A program made the translations under genes and the position numbers. From Amphiscolops sp. MND2022 (lineage: Eukaryota): a stretch of 64,000 nucleotides of DNA. Shown here piece by piece: positions 60,984 through 64,000 of the stretch (the stretch's first letter is position 1; every line of letters starts with the position of its first letter). The stretch is taken from contig OZ076416.1 in NCBI GenBank assembly GCA_964187785.1, positions 56,172,001 through 56,236,000 of the forward strand, read 5' to 3'. The notes below the pieces were generated by a model. The model made no database searches, had not been told where the DNA came from, and saw only the letters and a program-made list of their open reading frames with translations.

Positions 60984-63900
60984 TTAGTAATAAGGCTTTC
61001 CGTACCACTCTCTTGGAATGTTTCGTAACGTTCCAGTGTTTCTTGAGCGTGGAGCAGCGGCAGTGCTATTTGAAGGAATATTGTTTGGGTTAGTACTAAA
61101 ATTGCGAGGCAAAGGACTAGGTGTGGTTGGCTGACTGGTTATTGCTGGCGATTCTCCTTGAAATGAAATAGGGGTTTGAGGAGATGACTGAGGGATGTCA
61201 GAGTCGGGTGAGCTCGCTAACAAATTCGGTGTCGAATGAGCAGAGCCGCATTTAGCAGGCGAACTATAAGTCGTGTTCATCCTGGATGGACCAGGAGCGT
61301 CGGGAAAAATAGGTAAGTATTCTTGTACGTGCTGTCGTTCAGCAAGCGTTTCAATTGGTTTGTTCAATTCGGAGAGTCGATTCTTTGCATACTCGTTGTA
61401 AAAATGTTCGGTTCTATCGTCGTTGACAGGTTTTCCGTAATTGGACAATAAAGTCGGTAAATCATTGTCACGAGAGAAGAATTCAACGAGATGATTACGA
61501 TGAACGACTTGAATCCTCGTTGGATCCGAATCGAGCGCGACTTGGTAGTTCACTTTCGTGATCACTTCAGTCACAGTGTACGGTCCACTTCGGAGCTCGC
61601 ACAACTTTTGTGATTTCCCGAATGGGACTTGATGATTTTCGAGTAGTACTTTTTGTCCAACTCGTAATGGTTTAGCGAGTTTGTACTTGTTTCGGTACGG
61701 CAGAGATCGATGATTCGCTTTACGAACTTTGGTATATACTGTTCTGTATATGTTTTTGAATTGTGTTTCTCTGTGTAACAAATCCAACGAACATTTTGAC
61801 GTCAGTAAGGAGTCAATGCAAGAATGATTCGTGTCTTTATTCATGTGTGAATGGTCAGGTAAAGACTGACAGAATTCGGATTGACACAAATCATTGTCGT
61901 CTCTTACGAGACCTAGTTTCAACGAAATCGGAATTTGTGGTTTAAATCCGAAAACAACTTCATAGGGAGTTGCTCCTGTACTGGCGTTCACTGAAGTGTT
62001 ATGAGCAAAGGCGAATTGAGGAGCCAGCTTGGCCCAATTATTTCCTGCTTCGGAAAGATAGCATCGAAAGTATCGACTGAGGTGTTTGTTTTGGATTTCA
62101 ACCTTGCCGTTAGTCCAAGGGGACCATTTAGTTCTTGGGGCATGCGTTATGCCTAAATCCAAGAGAAAGGTTGAGAAATCAGTGCTCATGAACGACGTAC
62201 CTCTATCATATACAAGTTTTTGAGGAATACCAAATGAAGTAATGAAAGAAGTCATGGCTTCAATAGTATTACTTGCATCAGTCGACTTGACTGGGTAAAC
62301 TTGTATGAATTGTGAGAATGCGTCAATCACAACTAAACAGTGATGTTTTCCGTCACTCATGGGATTCAAAGGTCCTTTGTGGTCAATGTGAACAGTGTGG
62401 AAGGGATAAGGAATTTCTTCTTTCCATTTTTCGTTGGGAGCGTTGTTTTGATCCTTTCTGATTTGTTTATTTTTCGGCAGATCAGGCAGCTCTTCGTTAG
62501 AGTCCTTACCCATTTGTACATACCAGGCCAATAGAAAAATCTTTTCAGAGACGAAAGTGTCTTTTCACATCCTGGATGTCCTGAAAGCCGATGATCGTGT
62601 GCAACATTGAAAGCTTCAATGAAACAGTTGCGGGGCAGACATATTTGTCGTGATGAATGCTTGCTAGTTTTACAAACAAGGTGTGTTTCTTCGTCAATGA
62701 ACAATTTTTCAAATTGATTTGAATAACCGAGTAATCCTTTGCATTGTCGGGACTCAACATCTTTTGACGGCACTTTGCCTTTAATTATCCTTGATTTAAC
62801 AGTGTTCAAGACTGGGTCATCCTGTTGGTTTGCCAAAATATTGTTTAAATCTAGATTATCGGTAACGAGTTTCAATGGTTGTAGTGAGTCTTGAATGGTG
62901 AAAATGGAGAGGATGAAAGGAACATCTTCTTTAGATGCATTTACAACCTCTGTGTTCAATAGAGGATCTTCGTCAGAAGCCTCATTGTCACTATTGTCAG
63001 TTTCGGAGTCAATTCCGGAATAATGATTTTCCTGAACTTCGGCTTCCACAACCATTGGTGGGGTTTGCCATTTAAGTCGAATGTTGATGTCCTTACCTTC
63101 ACGGAAGGAGTCAGAAACATCAAAGAGCGCTTTCGGAGAGTTTGGATCGTATACCGTACAAATAAGATCTGTACCATCATTTTTCAGGTGAAGTTTCTTG
63201 GTTTCACCCAGGTGAGTGCAAACAATTGGGTAAAAATCATCATTGGCGCTTTCAGCAGGGCTGTTGTGTTCTATCAGATACTGAACTTCGTGTCCACTTT
63301 GGCTGAAGAACTTTATATCTTTTGGAATTTCTTTGTGAAGTAATTGGTGACCGTTGAGATCTTTCAACGACACATTCCTGCTCAGCAAATCTGGAAACGC
63401 TAAATTCTTTCCAGGGGTCCAAATGATTTGCAAATTAGTGAACTGAATGATAATCACTTGGTAGCGGAAGAATCTATGAGATAATCTTCCTTTGCGTGCC
63501 CATAGATACAGGAGGGGCTTGTGATCACAGAATACCTTGATGGGATGCCGAGATCCAATTATGAAATGCTCATACGTTTGCAGAGCAGAAATGATTCCGC
63601 ACAGTTCTCGATGTAGCGTTGACATCTTTTGTTCATCCTTTGTAAAGACTCGCGAATTGAAGGAAACTATACGTTTCCCGGAAGGAAAATCTTGAATTAA
63701 GATTGATCCCGTACCAATACTGGAGGAGTCGACATGGATGTGGAACGGATACTTTGGGTTTGGTACAGCTAAGATGGTTTCTTCGCTGATTCTATTTTTT
63801 ATGTCTTGGAACAAGTTCTCATGCTCTTTTGTCCATTTGAATGGAGTGTCATCTCTCAGAAGTTCGTAGAAAGGTTTCGAATCTACATGTAGATTTTTGA

Positions 63901-64000
63901 TGAAGGTGCTGTAGAAACCTAAACTTCCTAAGATGCGCATTACATCTCTTTTGTTCTCAGGGCTTTTCAGGTTTTTCAAATCTTGTACCTTTTTGGCTAC
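60984..64000 (-). CDS. pol: pol (RT thumb/connection, RNase H, integrase), one frameshift at about 62470
   Basis: RILGSLGFY, HVDSS.IG.G, RELCGI, CDHKPL. Zinc finger H-x4-H..C-x2-C (AHDHRLSGH...CLIC). Integrase core HIDHKG / YDRG / NGKVE. GPY module. Confidence 0.92.

Larger units (their letters stand above)
55950..64000 (-). mobile_element. env-bearing Ty3/Gypsy LTR retroelement (errantivirus-like), 3' part; gag, protease, RT core and 5' LTR lie beyond the window
   Basis: Pol order RT thumb, RNase H, integrase (Gypsy order), followed by env, an extra ORF, PPT and LTR, all on one strand. Only two single-base frameshifts in about 7.3 kb of coding sequence. Confidence 0.92.

Noticed and set aside
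1-64000. Prokaryotic interpretation and the many 60-100 aa ORFs in the ORF track
   Set aside because: GT-AG introns, eukaryotic TE classes and nuclear-encoded mitochondrial genes show a eukaryotic nucleus. Most short ORFs use TTG/GTG starts, overlap repeats or are antisense to TE genes.

Overview
AT-rich eukaryotic, almost certainly invertebrate metazoan, nuclear DNA; the species cannot be fixed from sequence alone. The ORF track uses GTG/TTG starts and ignores introns, so most of its short ORFs are spurious. Layout: (1) 1-16.2 kb is a nested transposon cluster. It holds two divergently oriented copies of one Copia family, a CRE-type non-LTR remnant, hAT-like MITEs, and a CR1/L2-type LINE whose PHD-finger ORF1 is split by a MULE transposon and a small insert. 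(2) 16.5-29.5 kb is an island of three intron-containing + strand host genes, FBXW2, MTX2 and NDUFB9, with dispersed repeats in and between them. (3) 32.9-50.5 kb is a decayed Polinton/Maverick (adintovirus-like) region with remnants of protease, minor capsid, two A32-type ATPases, pPolB, major capsid and integrase, plus a second diverged tandem copy of part of it. (4) 55.95-64 kb is the best-preserved and most interesting feature: the 3' part of a near-intact Ty3/Gypsy element. It has pol, an intact 784-aa env resembling chuvirus/gB-type class III glycoproteins, an extra ~519-aa ORF of unknown function, a PPT and a 3' LTR. All family calls rest on motifs recognised by eye and need profile-search confirmation. 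Identity figures are visual estimates.
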